64,000 nucleotides of DNA from a virus, in IMG/VR virus record IMGVR_UViG_3300036398_004744, positions 2,574-66,573 of that record; one strand, written 5' to 3'. This document shows positions 10,201-19,800 of this stretch, piece by piece; position 1 is the stretch's first letter, and every line of letters begins with the position of its first letter. The position numbers and the translations under genes are program-made. Below the pieces are notes generated by a model. That model saw nothing but the letters and a program-made list of their open reading frames with translations. It was not told the DNA's origin and ran no database searches.

Positions 10201-11316
10201 GGAAACCAGGTGACCATCACGAACGTCTATATTGGAGTCGTGGCAGACGTAGTTGATGGGACAGACCCGACCGGATTCACGTTTCTTGTGACCCAGCAGG
10301 GCGTGAACATTGACACGGCCTCGCAACTCGCAACGAAGATCCAGCTTGCCGTCGACGCAGATGCCCAGTTTGTTGCGACAGTTTTGACCGACACCGTGAC
10401 AATCACGGCCGCCTCGGCCGGCCACCGGCTTCATGTCACCGAGCCAGATTCTGGCACCTATTTTGTGGTGGACACCACGGCGCTTGGGACGTCTGCCGGA
10501 TCTCTCATCGTCGGTGGAACATTCACCACATACAACTCCGTGGCCGTATCAAAGCCAATTGTTCTGATCGAGGCAAACGGAACAAGAGATGCCGACTATC
10601 TCCCGACGGGCTTCACGAAGATATTTGCCCTGATCCCCATCACGGGGAATCTTGTCTATGCGGCCGGATACGAGTCTGTCGCCGGAAAAGTCCGCGTGGC
10701 GAGACTCCTGTCGACCGGCATCGAGGATCCGGCATTCACGCCGTATGAGGTCACGGTCGCCGATCCAGGGTTTGCCTCCATGGCCCTCCAGTCAGACGGC
10801 AAGATCATCGTCTCATTTGACGGTGCCAATTCTGCCAAGGATCTCGTGAGACTCGGGACCAACGGATCTGTCGACGCGACCTACAACGTCGGGACCGGAC
10901 TCGACACCGCGGCCCGAGCCATTCTCATCCTCGCAGATGGAACCGTCATTCTCGGGGGCAATTTCACGACCTACAACTCTGTCGCCGTCCCGCGGATCGT
11001 CAAGACGACGGCCCTGGGAGCGGCTGTCGGGGCGTTCAATCCGGGCACGGGATTCAATGCGACGGTCCGAGCCCTCATGCTTCCCTCGACCGGGACCTTC
11101 TTCTTTGCTGCCGGCGACTTCACGTCCTACAATGGCAACACGGACTCCTATGAGAGATTTGGCCGTGTCGACCAGACCACGGGAGCCGTTCTTCAAACGC
11201 GCCAGACCGTGAACGTCACCGGACGCCATCGTGGCACGGTCTCTCAGATCGACTCCAACACCCAGGCGCTTGCCCTCGCCAACGCCCGCGCCCTCACTGA
11301 ACTTCCCTGCACCTGA
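7288..11316 (+). CDS. tail nozzle (tubular protein B-like) with C-terminal delta-60-type beta-propeller repeats
   Basis: N-terminal NVVNRGGVIQTRPG and RLWVA...SD motifs; C-terminal (Q/S)DG.I..GG.FT.YN...RL...G..D..F repeats. Confidence 0.7.
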   Translation: MQSPAITQGRLVSVDAGWMSGMNSVRHPWFLRQDQYRRGVNVVNRGGVIQTRPGFRMRLTLPEGNLQGMAHFQITKNGRRDDHLVFAVDGKIYFAPFPLEQPRFWEEFRLKNLQFSADVDMIHFAVAEKTVTTAPDQTLQIVPSHNVLMIQDGVTPAAYWDGEESRHLVEAAPSLETPTGTWMTFSGGRLWVARGNVLLASDLFDPIKFTERVEGEGRGDFSFPKQITGVTSFIGDERVEVVVVFTDERSEIVLSGIRDRAQWATTQGMQSILFPSTGCVAGRSVVFQAGLMWWYSSGGLVASDAAASSNLTSQINYRDAEMAFSKQFLNDDSSMICGLSFENYLLMSMPIGQNLNSETFVLDYSPLSEFSSEKIPAWSGVWTGIRPIQWASPVINGKRRAFAASVDYRALSDGSHNHVWEAFMPEREDTFFELGSDFTRIDFTRPIFCEFETRLMGDGHDLKSFQYADINLMEIAGDAYVTADYRGIRGAYKPVLCKRIIAPITAASAGADIPPSELDVLDGLKKQSRRVTTENALPTDGCPTCESEYSENIDKAFSILVRWCGQMAVESIRLFMEPWAERAEGRCEEDETRVCLVGEDGRNHIYSREEGFVPLEDLYEVGGNAWASTRSSTVTLTCPAGSVTTGPLTVTATSTYRSRISQADADVQALASAQTAAQAQADYLRTIYPCYYDSVQSVTRHCYSELNDDALAMTRLSDGRVILGGQFWRDNTTNQGKITERTSGGIRSLTFTQGDGFVSNFGAEPSSEQINVLLNDSNGIYALGEFSEYNNVARTRIARLTSSGALDTTVTFGTGFNTAPTAACILPSALTEVSTVQVATASGSGGKYFDLGDANGPVRVWMDNNNTSTPPAAPSGGRLLEVDMSAGLPEITRVTTLADVAGSLDEAYFVLHDAAATTVAVWFAHSGGSTAPTGYTRNLKVDINNNDSANTVATKLRNAVDADAQFSAAVSGNQVTITNVYIGVVADVVDGTDPTGFTFLVTQQGVNIDTASQLATKIQLAVDADAQFVATVLTDTVTITAASAGHRLHVTEPDSGTYFVVDTTALGTSAGSLIVGGTFTTYNSVAVSKPIVLIEANGTRDADYLPTGFTKIFALIPITGNLVYAAGYESVAGKVRVARLLSTGIEDPAFTPYEVTVADPGFASMALQSDGKIIVSFDGANSAKDLVRLGTNGSVDATYNVGTGLDTAARAILILADGTVILGGNFTTYNSVAVPRIVKTTALGAAVGAFNPGTGFNATVRALMLPSTGTFFFAAGDFTSYNGNTDSYERFGRVDQTTGAVLQTRQTVNVTGRHRGTVSQIDSNTQALALANARALTELPCT

Positions 11317-11318
11317 CC

Positions 11319-11609
11319 ATGCCAAGGGCCACCTCAGTCACGCTCTTCAACGGAACGACTCCGAACGCCTTCGTGAGTCCGTTCTCCGACCGTCTTCCGA
11401 TGTCGTTCTATTCGTCGATCACGGTCCCCAACATGCCGACTCAGGCATGTCTTCCGTGTGCCATGACCGGATACTCGACGTCGACCGTCAACCAGTTCAT
11501 CCAGGATCTCGCCTCGGAGATTCCACTTCCGCTCTCAAACAGCATCTCGACCTCGCAGACGCTGCCGACCATCCCGCCAGAACCCCAGCCACCCACATCC
11601 GTATCATGA
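11319..11609 (+). CDS. hypothetical virion-associated protein
   Basis: 96-aa coupled ORF with a CLPC motif. Confidence 0.55.
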   Translation: MPRATSVTLFNGTTPNAFVSPFSDRLPMSFYSSITVPNMPTQACLPCAMTGYSTSTVNQFIQDLASEIPLPLSNSISTSQTLPTIPPEPQPPTSVS

Positions 11610-11992
11610 AGACCAGATTCATCGACGTCAGCCCGTATTCCGACGACTTCAAGAGAATGCAGCAGTTTGCCAGGACCTTCGACCACGAGATCGGGCACTG
11701 GAAGAACGGCAAGGTCGTCGCCTTCGAACGAGACGAGAAGACCTTCGGCTATGCCGACATCGTCTATCTCCCGGTCGCGTTTCCGGCGTTTCATCCCGAG
11801 GTCGCGACGCCGCGTGGGATCATGGACGTGGTGAACGGCTGGAAGGCCGTCGCGCAGCTCAGCCACGGGGGCGAGGGCTGGATCGGAGTGCCCCTCGATG
11901 AGACCCGGAAGACATTTCCTGCGCAGATGTTGGAGAACATTGGATTCTCAAAGATGAACCGCGAGATTTACTTGCTCGACAGAACCAGTTAG
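11606..11992 (+). CDS. degenerate GNAT-fold protein (position resembles T7 gp13)
   Basis: Start at ATG 11606 (MKTRFIDV...); VVAFERDEKTFGYA strands and MLENIGFS resemble GNAT elements; precedes the ejection-type genes. Confidence 0.5.
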   Translation: MKTRFIDVSPYSDDFKRMQQFARTFDHEIGHWKNGKVVAFERDEKTFGYADIVYLPVAFPAFHPEVATPRGIMDVVNGWKAVAQLSHGGEGWIGVPLDETRKTFPAQMLENIGFSKMNREIYLLDRTS

Positions 11993-11995
11993 ATT
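11967..11995 (+). promoter_or_regulatory. sigma70-like promoter
   Basis: TTTACT-17 nt-TAGATT, 9 nt before ATG 12005. Confidence 0.55.
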
Positions 11996-12004
11996 TCACA
12001 CGAC

Positions 12005-12772
12005 ATGGGCGGAGGATCACCATCAGTTCAATACGCGCAGCCACTCGAGGGATACGAGGCCGGAATGCGTGGCCAGCTCGCTCTCGGAAGATCTCTTGCC
12101 GAGGCGGCCGCCGGAACATCCCCGGAACTGATGCGGGCCGACATCCCGTATCTCCAGGAGACCGCCAGGCGCGAGGCGATCATCAACGCCATGAACGCCG
12201 CGGCGCTCGAGAGGGAGATGACCCCGGAGACCGCCAGGATGCGGACGGGTCTGCGCCAGCAGCTCGAGCAAGATTTTGCGGGAGGACCGAGCCGCGAACT
12301 GTCCAATCTGTGGCTTCGCCAGGGACTGTCAGACGTGATCGGGACCGGTGCGCGGACCGAGTCCGGATTTGCCCGCTCGGCACTCGCCGACCGCAGTCGT
12401 CGCGACTACTTCGCGAACAGACAGAACCTGCAGGACCGCGTCGCCACGTATCTCGCCGCAAATCCCATGCCGGTCGCCGGAATCGATCCCGGATCACTCG
12501 CCGGAATCGTCAGCCAGGTCTCGGCCGACAACATCAATCTTCGCAACGCGTATCAGCAGCAGGTCCTCGGATACCTCGGAGCCCAGGCACAGAATGCCTC
12601 GAACGCGTTCCAGCAGCAGACACAGATGGAGATGGCCCGCAGGTCGCAAAACGCGGCGGCCGCCAATGCGGCAAATGCCGCGGCCGCCTCGAATCGGGCA
12701 TCTCTCTTTGGAGCGGGAATCGGCGCCGGCGGCGCCGTTGCCGGCGCAGGAATCACGGCCCTCGCCCTATGA
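12005..12772 (+). CDS. putative internal virion/ejection protein (starts MGG)
   Basis: Ala/Gln-rich helical protein with a C-terminal glycine-zipper hydrophobic tail. Confidence 0.65.
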   Translation: MGGGSPSVQYAQPLEGYEAGMRGQLALGRSLAEAAAGTSPELMRADIPYLQETARREAIINAMNAAALEREMTPETARMRTGLRQQLEQDFAGGPSRELSNLWLRQGLSDVIGTGARTESGFARSALADRSRRDYFANRQNLQDRVATYLAANPMPVAGIDPGSLAGIVSQVSADNINLRNAYQQQVLGYLGAQAQNASNAFQQQTQMEMARRSQNAAAANAANAAAASNRASLFGAGIGAGGAVAGAGITALAL

Positions 12773-13599
12773 CGCTCGACCGAAGGGTCGAGGTCGCGGT
12801 CGACTTTCTTGACCGCATGCTGAAGACGGCAAGGAATCCGGTCATTCTCTGGTCGGGCGGCAAGGACTCAATGGTGGTCCTGCACATGCTCAAGTTTCTC
12901 ATGAAGAGGGAGCTTCCCGTCGTCTGCTGGAGAGAACCGTGGATGCCCGAGAAGCTGCGATTCATCAACCGGATCATCGACGAGTGGAATCTCGAGGTCC
13001 ATGACTATGCCCCATCTGCCGTCAGTCTCTGTCGAGGAAAAGAGAGCCGGATCGACATCATGGAATGCTACCAGGTCAGCTCGGCAGTTCAGAAGCCAGA
13101 ATACATCATGGTGGCTCGCGGAACGATCGTGCCAGAGGAGGGACGACCGTTTCTTTGTGCACTCGAGACGTTTCTCTCTCGTCCCCTCGGGACATTCAAC
13201 TTTCCGTGGGACTGCATGGTCATGGGCCACAAGTCCTCGGACGACGATCCGACTGTCGGAAAAGTTCCCCTGCAGGTCGACCGACTCCAGCTCGAGAATG
13301 CCGGGACGATCCTCTATCCGATCCGGGAATGGACCGACGATGACGTCTTTGAATACCATGAGAGGCACTCGGTGCCGCACGACGAGACGCGCTATGACGT
13401 CAAGAACCGGCAGGTTCTCAAGAAGAACTCGACGAATTCCGACTATTTTCACACCTGCACGAAGTGCTGCGACCCGACCTCGGCCTCCTTTGTCAGGTGT
13501 CCCAAGTATGGCATCGACGTGAACAACGTGTCACACCGGGTGCCCTGGGTCGAGCCCAACTTTGCCTACTGCGGACTCAACCGCGAGGATTCTGCATAG
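12769..13599 (+). CDS. PAPS-reductase-like (PP-loop adenine nucleotide alpha-hydrolase) protein
   Basis: Start at ATG 12769; WSGGKDS PP-loop, YPIREWTDDDV motif and C-terminal CTKCC...CP. Confidence 0.8.
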   Translation: MTLDRRVEVAVDFLDRMLKTARNPVILWSGGKDSMVVLHMLKFLMKRELPVVCWREPWMPEKLRFINRIIDEWNLEVHDYAPSAVSLCRGKESRIDIMECYQVSSAVQKPEYIMVARGTIVPEEGRPFLCALETFLSRPLGTFNFPWDCMVMGHKSSDDDPTVGKVPLQVDRLQLENAGTILYPIREWTDDDVFEYHERHSVPHDETRYDVKNRQVLKKNSTNSDYFHTCTKCCDPTSASFVRCPKYGIDVNNVSHRVPWVEPNFAYCGLNREDSA

Positions 13600-13648
13600 A
13601 ATTTTCTGGTTCTGAATCCTGGCAGAAGCGAGTTACATTCTCAGAGAC

Positions 13649-14005
13649 ATGGGAGGAGCAAACAAGGCATTCGAAAGAGCCGGAAAGGGCGCCAGCATCG
13701 GTGCCTCTGAGGGCTTTTCTGGAGGAGGACTCGGTGGCCCGGCTGGATCTGCCTATGGAGCACTCGGAGGCGCCGTGTTTGGCGGACTCGACGGCGCCGT
13801 GAATGGCCCGATCTACCGCGCCAAGACCGGCGGATCCTCTGGATTCGGATCATCCTTTGACCGCATGATGCAGGGCGCGACGACCGGAACGGCAGACGGC
13901 AGCGCCTTCGGACCGTGGGGCGGCATCGGAGGCGGAGTCGCCGGCGGATTCAGCGGCCTGTCGAACAGTCCAGCCTTTCAATATCGAGTCGGAGGAGGAT
14001 ACTGA
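13649..14005 (+). CDS. glycine-zipper protein (starts MGG), putative ejection protein
   Basis: Two glycine-zipper hairpins: GGPAGSAYGALGGAVFGG and FGPWGGIGGGVAGG. Confidence 0.6.
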   Translation: MGGANKAFERAGKGASIGASEGFSGGGLGGPAGSAYGALGGAVFGGLDGAVNGPIYRAKTGGSSGFGSSFDRMMQGATTGTADGSAFGPWGGIGGGVAGGFSGLSNSPAFQYRVGGGY

Positions 14006-14006
14006 C

Positions 14007-14417
14007 ATGGGAGGAGCATCCGCATCTGCCGCACCTGCGGCCTCGGCCGCGGGCGGATACGCCAGCAAGGGGGCCATGTCGGCCGCGACGGTCGGCGGAA
14101 CGACCGGCAGCAACGTCTCCGGGATGGGATGGGTTCCGAAGGCACAGGCGGCCGGCTCTGGCGGGACAAACTACATGGAACTCGCAAAACTCTTTGGCGG
14201 CGTCCTCGGAGACTCATCGGGTCAGTTTGGAAAGGCCGTGGCTGGCCAGCAGTACGGCCTCGGCGGACAGTCCGTCTCGAGTCCGTTCGTGCCGCCGGGA
14301 CCGTTTCCGTTCGCGGGACTGACTCGGGAGATGCCGCGAGTCCAGTCGAGAGGTTTTCGTCTTGCCAGCGCGTCCGCGGGACCGCTTCAGCAGACAGGAA
14401 TGGGATATTCAATCTGA
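14007..14417 (+). CDS. Gly/Ala-rich protein (starts MGG)
   Basis: Coupled low-complexity ORF. Confidence 0.55.
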   Translation: MGGASASAAPAASAAGGYASKGAMSAATVGGTTGSNVSGMGWVPKAQAAGSGGTNYMELAKLFGGVLGDSSGQFGKAVAGQQYGLGGQSVSSPFVPPGPFPFAGLTREMPRVQSRGFRLASASAGPLQQTGMGYSI

Positions 14418-14421
14418 GACC

Positions 14422-14871
14422 ATGGGAGGAAGCCGACAGGGATTCGGGGCGATCGCGCAGATGCGCGAGCGGATGCAGAATCGTGTTCAACAGCAACAGG
14501 CCGCGGCCAGGCCGGCTCCTGCCCCGGTGCCCGCCCCGGCCCCAGTTTCGGCACCGGCGCCCGCCCCGACTCCGGCACCAGCTGAACCCCCTGCTCCCGA
14601 ATACACCCCGTTCCGCTCATTCGCGGTTCCTGATTTTGGATCTCAGCTCTATGGACAGTCCGGAGCAATTCCACGCGAAATTTCTGAATCATCTGGCATG
14701 ACTCCGTCACGTCCCAGACTTCAGTCGACTGGATCAAGGAATCCAACCGCGGGCGGACGTCTCTCGAGATCAACCGGATCATCGCCGACAACGGCGGGTC
14801 CGATCACGCCGGTTCCCAATGTCTGGAACTCTGCGAACGCCAGCATGGCAGCTGGCGCCGTCGCTCTATGA
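14422..14871 (+). CDS. Pro/Ala-rich protein (starts MGG)
   Basis: ATG 14422 lies 4 nt after the upstream stop; contains a (PA)n repeat. Confidence 0.55.
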   Translation: MGGSRQGFGAIAQMRERMQNRVQQQQAAARPAPAPVPAPAPVSAPAPAPTPAPAEPPAPEYTPFRSFAVPDFGSQLYGQSGAIPREISESSGMTPSRPRLQSTGSRNPTAGGRLSRSTGSSPTTAGPITPVPNVWNSANASMAAGAVAL

Positions 14872-14904
14872 AAACGCCAACAACTAGAAAGAGAGGATAA
14901 CATC

Positions 14905-15408
14905 ATGGGAGGAGGAAGAGGAGGAGGATCAGCACCGCCGCCACCGCCACAGCCTGACTGGGCTGGGATCTTTGCGGCCGAGCGCGCGGCAAATCAACGA
15001 CTCATGGACCAGCAGCGAGCCGAGGCCGAGGCGCAGAGACAGCGCGAGGCACAGCAGCGCCAAGAAGAAGAGGCGCGCCGCATGCAGGAACAACACAACG
15101 TCCAGCAGAAGGCCCGCGACGAGGCGGCAATGACCGATTTCACGAAGATGAAGCAGGCGGCGGCCGCACAGGCCGTCGGAGGAGTCGGCTCTGTCACCCC
15201 GACATCGTCTCGTGCCACGGCACCCGGACTCACCCCGACGTCTGCCATGTCGACGTCTCGTCCGATGTCGTCTGGAACGTTTGCCCCGAGTCCGACGGCC
15301 CCGGCGGGTCCGGCGGCCCCGATGGCCGGCAATCTGCCAACCGCGCCGGCACAGGTCGGCCTCGGAGGCGGCGGATTTGACTTCCTGAGACAGTATTTCT
15401 CGAGGTAA
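14905..15408 (+). CDS. coiled-coil/Pro-rich protein (starts MGG)
   Basis: GAGGA Shine-Dalgarno; MGGGRGGGSAPPPPP followed by a Q/E/R coiled coil. Confidence 0.65.
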   Translation: MGGGRGGGSAPPPPPQPDWAGIFAAERAANQRLMDQQRAEAEAQRQREAQQRQEEEARRMQEQHNVQQKARDEAAMTDFTKMKQAAAAQAVGGVGSVTPTSSRATAPGLTPTSAMSTSRPMSSGTFAPSPTAPAGPAAPMAGNLPTAPAQVGLGGGGFDFLRQYFSR

Positions 15409-15411
15409 CTC

Positions 15412-16824
15412 ATGGCGATTCAGACCGGCGGCTTCAACGTGGCGCGGGGCGGAGGGGCTCAGATTCAGCTCGCCGCCCCGGCGCCGCTGTCGTTTGTGTC
15501 TGGAAGCACCCTTGCCCCGGGAGACATCGGGGTCAACGCCATCACCGAGGGATCGCGTCTCGCGACGGCCAGCCTGCTGTCCGGGGTCAACGTGGCCCTC
15601 GAGAGCGTGCTCGGTGCCGGTCTCGGGATTCTTGAGAGAAGGCAGAAGCGCGACGAGGACGAACTTGCCCATGAGCGCGCCCTTGAGATTGCCCGCGAGC
15701 GCAGTCTTCTCGGAAACGTTCTCAGTCCGCTTGACCGCGAGCGCCTGCTCGGGCAGCGCCTGCAGAACATCGAGCAGATTCGCGAACTCGAGGATCCCTA
15801 TGCCGAGTTTCTCGGTGAAAAGGGCCCGTCGCCACTTGGCGACATTCCTGACCCAAATCTTGGTCTGAGACCCGAGGATCTGCCCCTTGAGCCGTTCGAC
15901 CCGAATGCGCCCGAGAACGTCGAGCCAGAACTTCCGTCGGGCGACGTTCCGCTCCCGCCTCTTCAGGGAGCCCGTCCTCCCGGCGAGGAACCCGCGCCCG
16001 GCGCCGCCCCAGAGGGTTACACGACGGCGGGCCCGGGAGGAATGCTTCTGGTGGTCCCGATTCCGGCAGAATCTGGCGGGGGCCGCATGATCATCAACCG
16101 GGCCACCGGGGCCACGACGATCGACAAGGGAGCCGGCGGGCGGACCGAGACCACGGCCTCTGGACTTCCCGAGGAACTCAAGGATGAACTCCGTCTCAAG
16201 GGCGTGACCGTCAACGCCAAGGGCGAGGTCTCGACCACCTACGAACCGAGCACGGCCGACGCGGACCAGGAGAAGGAGATCAGCACGATGCAGTCGAGCA
16301 TCGAGCAGGCCAACCGCATCGTGCGAGACATCGACACGATTGTCGATACCGCGCAGGAGGCCAGACTCCCGGCGACTGGAAAATTTTCTGACTGGATTGC
16401 CACGCTGCCCGTCACCACCGGAGCGAGTGACGTCCGAGCCCTCATCAAGAACATCGAGGCAGACGTGGCCTTCAAGACGCTGGCCGACATGCGGCGCAAC
16501 AGCAAGACGGGTGGCGCGCTCGGAGCCATCTCTGACCGAGAACTCGCCCTTCTCGCGGCCGCCGAGGGCTCGATCAATCCATCTCTCAGCTGGCCAGTCT
16601 TCAAGCGCAACCTGCAAGACATCAGCAATGCTCGCAAGGAGCTGATCAAGATGTGGGGCGGCAAGCTTGCCTCGATGGGTGCCGGCACGTCGCAGTTCGA
16701 CCTGACTGCCGAGATCAACAGTCTCGCCGAGCAGCTCGATGACATGCCCGACAGGAATTCTGAGGAATATCGCGCCGGGAGAGAACGGCTCAAGGAGCTG
16801 GTTCGCCGCCAGAGAGGACAATGA
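15412..16824 (+). CDS. putative internal virion/DNA ejection protein
   Basis: Helical C-terminal domain with GGALGAISDRELALL, a pattern seen in phage ejection proteins; lies before the giant gene. Confidence 0.6.
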   Translation: MAIQTGGFNVARGGGAQIQLAAPAPLSFVSGSTLAPGDIGVNAITEGSRLATASLLSGVNVALESVLGAGLGILERRQKRDEDELAHERALEIARERSLLGNVLSPLDRERLLGQRLQNIEQIRELEDPYAEFLGEKGPSPLGDIPDPNLGLRPEDLPLEPFDPNAPENVEPELPSGDVPLPPLQGARPPGEEPAPGAAPEGYTTAGPGGMLLVVPIPAESGGGRMIINRATGATTIDKGAGGRTETTASGLPEELKDELRLKGVTVNAKGEVSTTYEPSTADADQEKEISTMQSSIEQANRIVRDIDTIVDTAQEARLPATGKFSDWIATLPVTTGASDVRALIKNIEADVAFKTLADMRRNSKTGGALGAISDRELALLAAAEGSINPSLSWPVFKRNLQDISNARKELIKMWGGKLASMGAGTSQFDLTAEINSLAEQLDDMPDRNSEEYRAGRERLKELVRRQRGQ

Positions 16825-16827
16825 CCC

Positions 16828-19800
16828 ATGGCCGTTCTCGAGGAAGTCATCGGCGAGGTCACGTCTGAGACCAGGCCAAAATCCGGCATGGTCGGCGGAG
16901 TCTCGCGCGGCGCCGTCGGGCGTCGCCGCAAGAAGAAGCCCGCATCGATCCTCGACGAGGTCACCGAAGAGGTGTCGAAGGAGCCGGTCCCCGAGGGTGC
17001 CCTGGCCCAGGTCATGCGCGAGACCGAGACCGATCCCGAGACCGTCCGCCGCATGCGGGCCGAGGGACAACCGCTCACGACCGATCAACAGCGCATCGCC
17101 TTCGAGGCCGAGCGGGCGAGGCCACTGACCGACGTTGCGCTCGGTGCCGCGGGCGCCTTCATTCAGGCGGCTCCGCAGACCGCCGGACAGCTTCTGAGGG
17201 GAACTGCCAAGTTTGCATACGAGGGAGTCGGAAAACCTCTCGGCGAGGCCGTTCTCTCCGGACTGATCCACGAGCCAGGATCCGATGAACAGGAACAGGC
17301 CGTCAGACGGGCATTTCGAGGAGCAAACAGTGCCGTGCGCTCGCTCGCGTCTGGCGTGGCTCAGGACATAGAAGAAACGGCCAATGCCGCGATTCGTGCC
17401 GGATATTTTGGAACCAGCATCACTGACCGTGCCGCCGAGAAACTCGGACTCGTCACGCCAGAACAATCTTTCAACAACTATCTTGCTCGCGAGGACATGC
17501 GCCGCGGCGAGGCCGAGGACATTCAGGAGAATCCCGATCGTGCCGCGACGATGTTGGCCAGGAATCCGCTCGCCGGGACCGTGATCGAGGGAGCCGCGAT
17601 GCTGTCTGGACAGGGAGCCCTGACGCCGGAGGCGAAACGGGCCGCTCTTGCCGGATACGAAGAATCTCTGCTTCAGGAGGCCAAGTTCAGACCAGACGAG
17701 GACATCTCGATGCTCGGCGAGGTCCTGTCTCCGGTCGGTCTTCCGGCCAGGCTGGTGAAGCCCGTCACGAGCGCGCTCGGCGGAACCATGGAGGCCGCGG
17801 GCGGACTCGCCGTGCGAGGCGTGACGAAACCCACGATTCGCGGCGTCAATCCTCTCGAGGGAGTCGGCATCGGGATCCGGAGGGTCGGCGAGGGAGCCGA
17901 GAAGGTCGGAGCAGGCATCAGCCAGGCAATCACGGGACGTCCCGACACCTTCCTGGCGGCACCTGGCACGATCGTCTCGGCATTCACCAAGAGACCCGGA
18001 CAGCTGGTCGAGGGAGTCGGTAGGACCATGCGAGATGTCGGCCGCCAGATCGACGAGGGTGGAATCCGGGGACGGACCGGCATCGTCGAGCGGCTCGGAA
18101 GAGACCCCGCCTCGGCCGACTGGATCCGCGACCTCTTTGGACCCGGCGCACAGAAGCGGCTCGAGAAGATGGAGCGCAAGAACAAGCAGCGCGTCGCCGA
18201 GGGCAAGCCCGAGATCAAGCCGGGACGCGGCGGGGTCATGCGAGCCCGCACCGCCGACTACGGTCTGCGTCTCGCGAACAGTCTCACCAAGTCGGGTGTC
18301 TCTGGCGCCGCGCTGAACGGTATCATCGGGGCAGCCGACATCGAGACCGCAGAAGAATTTGGCCGCTCCACCGGCGTGGGCTTTGGCATCGGCTCCTACA
18401 TGGCCGGTCGCGTGCCCGAGCGCATCGGGGCAGCCCTTGATCCGACAACCGGCCTTGCCACAAAGATCGACCGGGTGACCGAGATCGACCCGCTCGATCG
18501 TCGTCTCGACGAGGATGCCGATCTCAAGCGCTTCCGGGCGACGGCCGATCCGGAGCTTGTGCGGCAGGTTGAAAAGCTCTCGAGCCCAGAGGAACAGGTC
18601 GCGTCTCGCATGCGAGAGCTCGACGATCTGTTCCAGCGCAAGGCCGAGGCCGACTATGCCGAGGAAGACACGGCCGAGCTCGATGCCGTCATCACCCAGA
18701 AGGCCGATGAACTGTCGGCCCTGCAGGAGAGCACCAAGGATCTGACGCAGGAAGACCGCGACGAGCGCCGCCGGGCCGTCGAGCTCATCATGGCAGACGG
18801 CCTCGATCTTCTTAAGTCAAACGGCAGGGCCGCGGGTCTCAACGGCGTGAACGTGAAGATTCTTGACCCGTCTCAGATCGAGTCGTTCATTCGCGAGCGC
18901 TGGGGACAGAATCTTGAACAGGCCGAGGCGATCGTCACACAGCTCGGAGGCCGCACCGATCTCAGTCCATCCGAGGAACAGTCACTCCTGCGTGCCAACC
19001 AGGCCGTCCAAAAATTTCAGGAGCAGGTGCAGCTCTGGCCGCAACAGACGGGGTTCGCGCTGTCAGACTCCGACCAGGCCGATGCCCCGGCCCATCTTCG
19101 GATGGCCAACATCGGGGCCCCGACGATCGTGATGAACACCGAGCAGCTGATGCGTGATCCGCGCCGCGTGGGTCTTCGTTATCTGCTGCAGCACGAGAGC
19201 AACCACATCCTTGAGCAGTTTCGCGAGGTCCAGGAGATGCAGCGTCCGGTGAGAGACCTGTGGTTCGGCAAGCGAATCGTCCGTCCCGACGGCACGGTGC
19301 TCGAGGCAACCCCGGGAATCATCACCGACGACTGGATCAACGACGTTGGAATCCCGATGTATGCCGAGCGACTCTACGGTCCCGGAGGCGAGACCAAGTT
19401 TCGTGATTCTTTCGCGTCGCCGCAGCAGGCCGTCGAGTATGTCCGTTCCGAGCTCATGTCCGAACTGTCGGCGCTGTCCGAGACCGGCTATTCCACGATC
19501 CGCGAGGCACTCGATTCGCCTGGTCAGGCCGTTGTCGACCGTCTTCTCATTTCTCGAAAAAATTCCATGCTCGGGCGACTCCGCCAGGCCCTCGAGGCCA
19601 TGGGGGTCGAACTCGACTCAAAGGGAGACGTGAAGTCCGTGATCTTTGGAGACCAGGCACCCTTTGATCCCGATGCCCTGGCGATCATGCGCCAATACAA
19701 GAGAAACCTTCGCGAGTTCAATGACATGCTCACCTATGCCGGCGGCACCACCGAAGGCGAGGTCGAGATCAGCGTCACTGAGCTGATGACAAACCGGGCC

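Noticed and set aside
12769-13599. Dnd phosphorothioation system or sulfur-assimilation operon
   Set aside because: No other dnd/ssp or cys genes; the context is virion genes.
13649-14005. Class II bacteriocin or microcin precursor
   Set aside because: Glycine zippers are present, but there is no leader peptide, transporter or immunity gene; the position fits an ejection protein.
14929-17466. 845-aa antisense ORF (and similar long shadow ORFs such as 22003-23592, 40937-42553 and 8098-9390)
   Set aside because: They lie opposite well-supported genes, carry no motifs, and are expected from stop-codon scarcity in GC-rich, codon-biased DNA.
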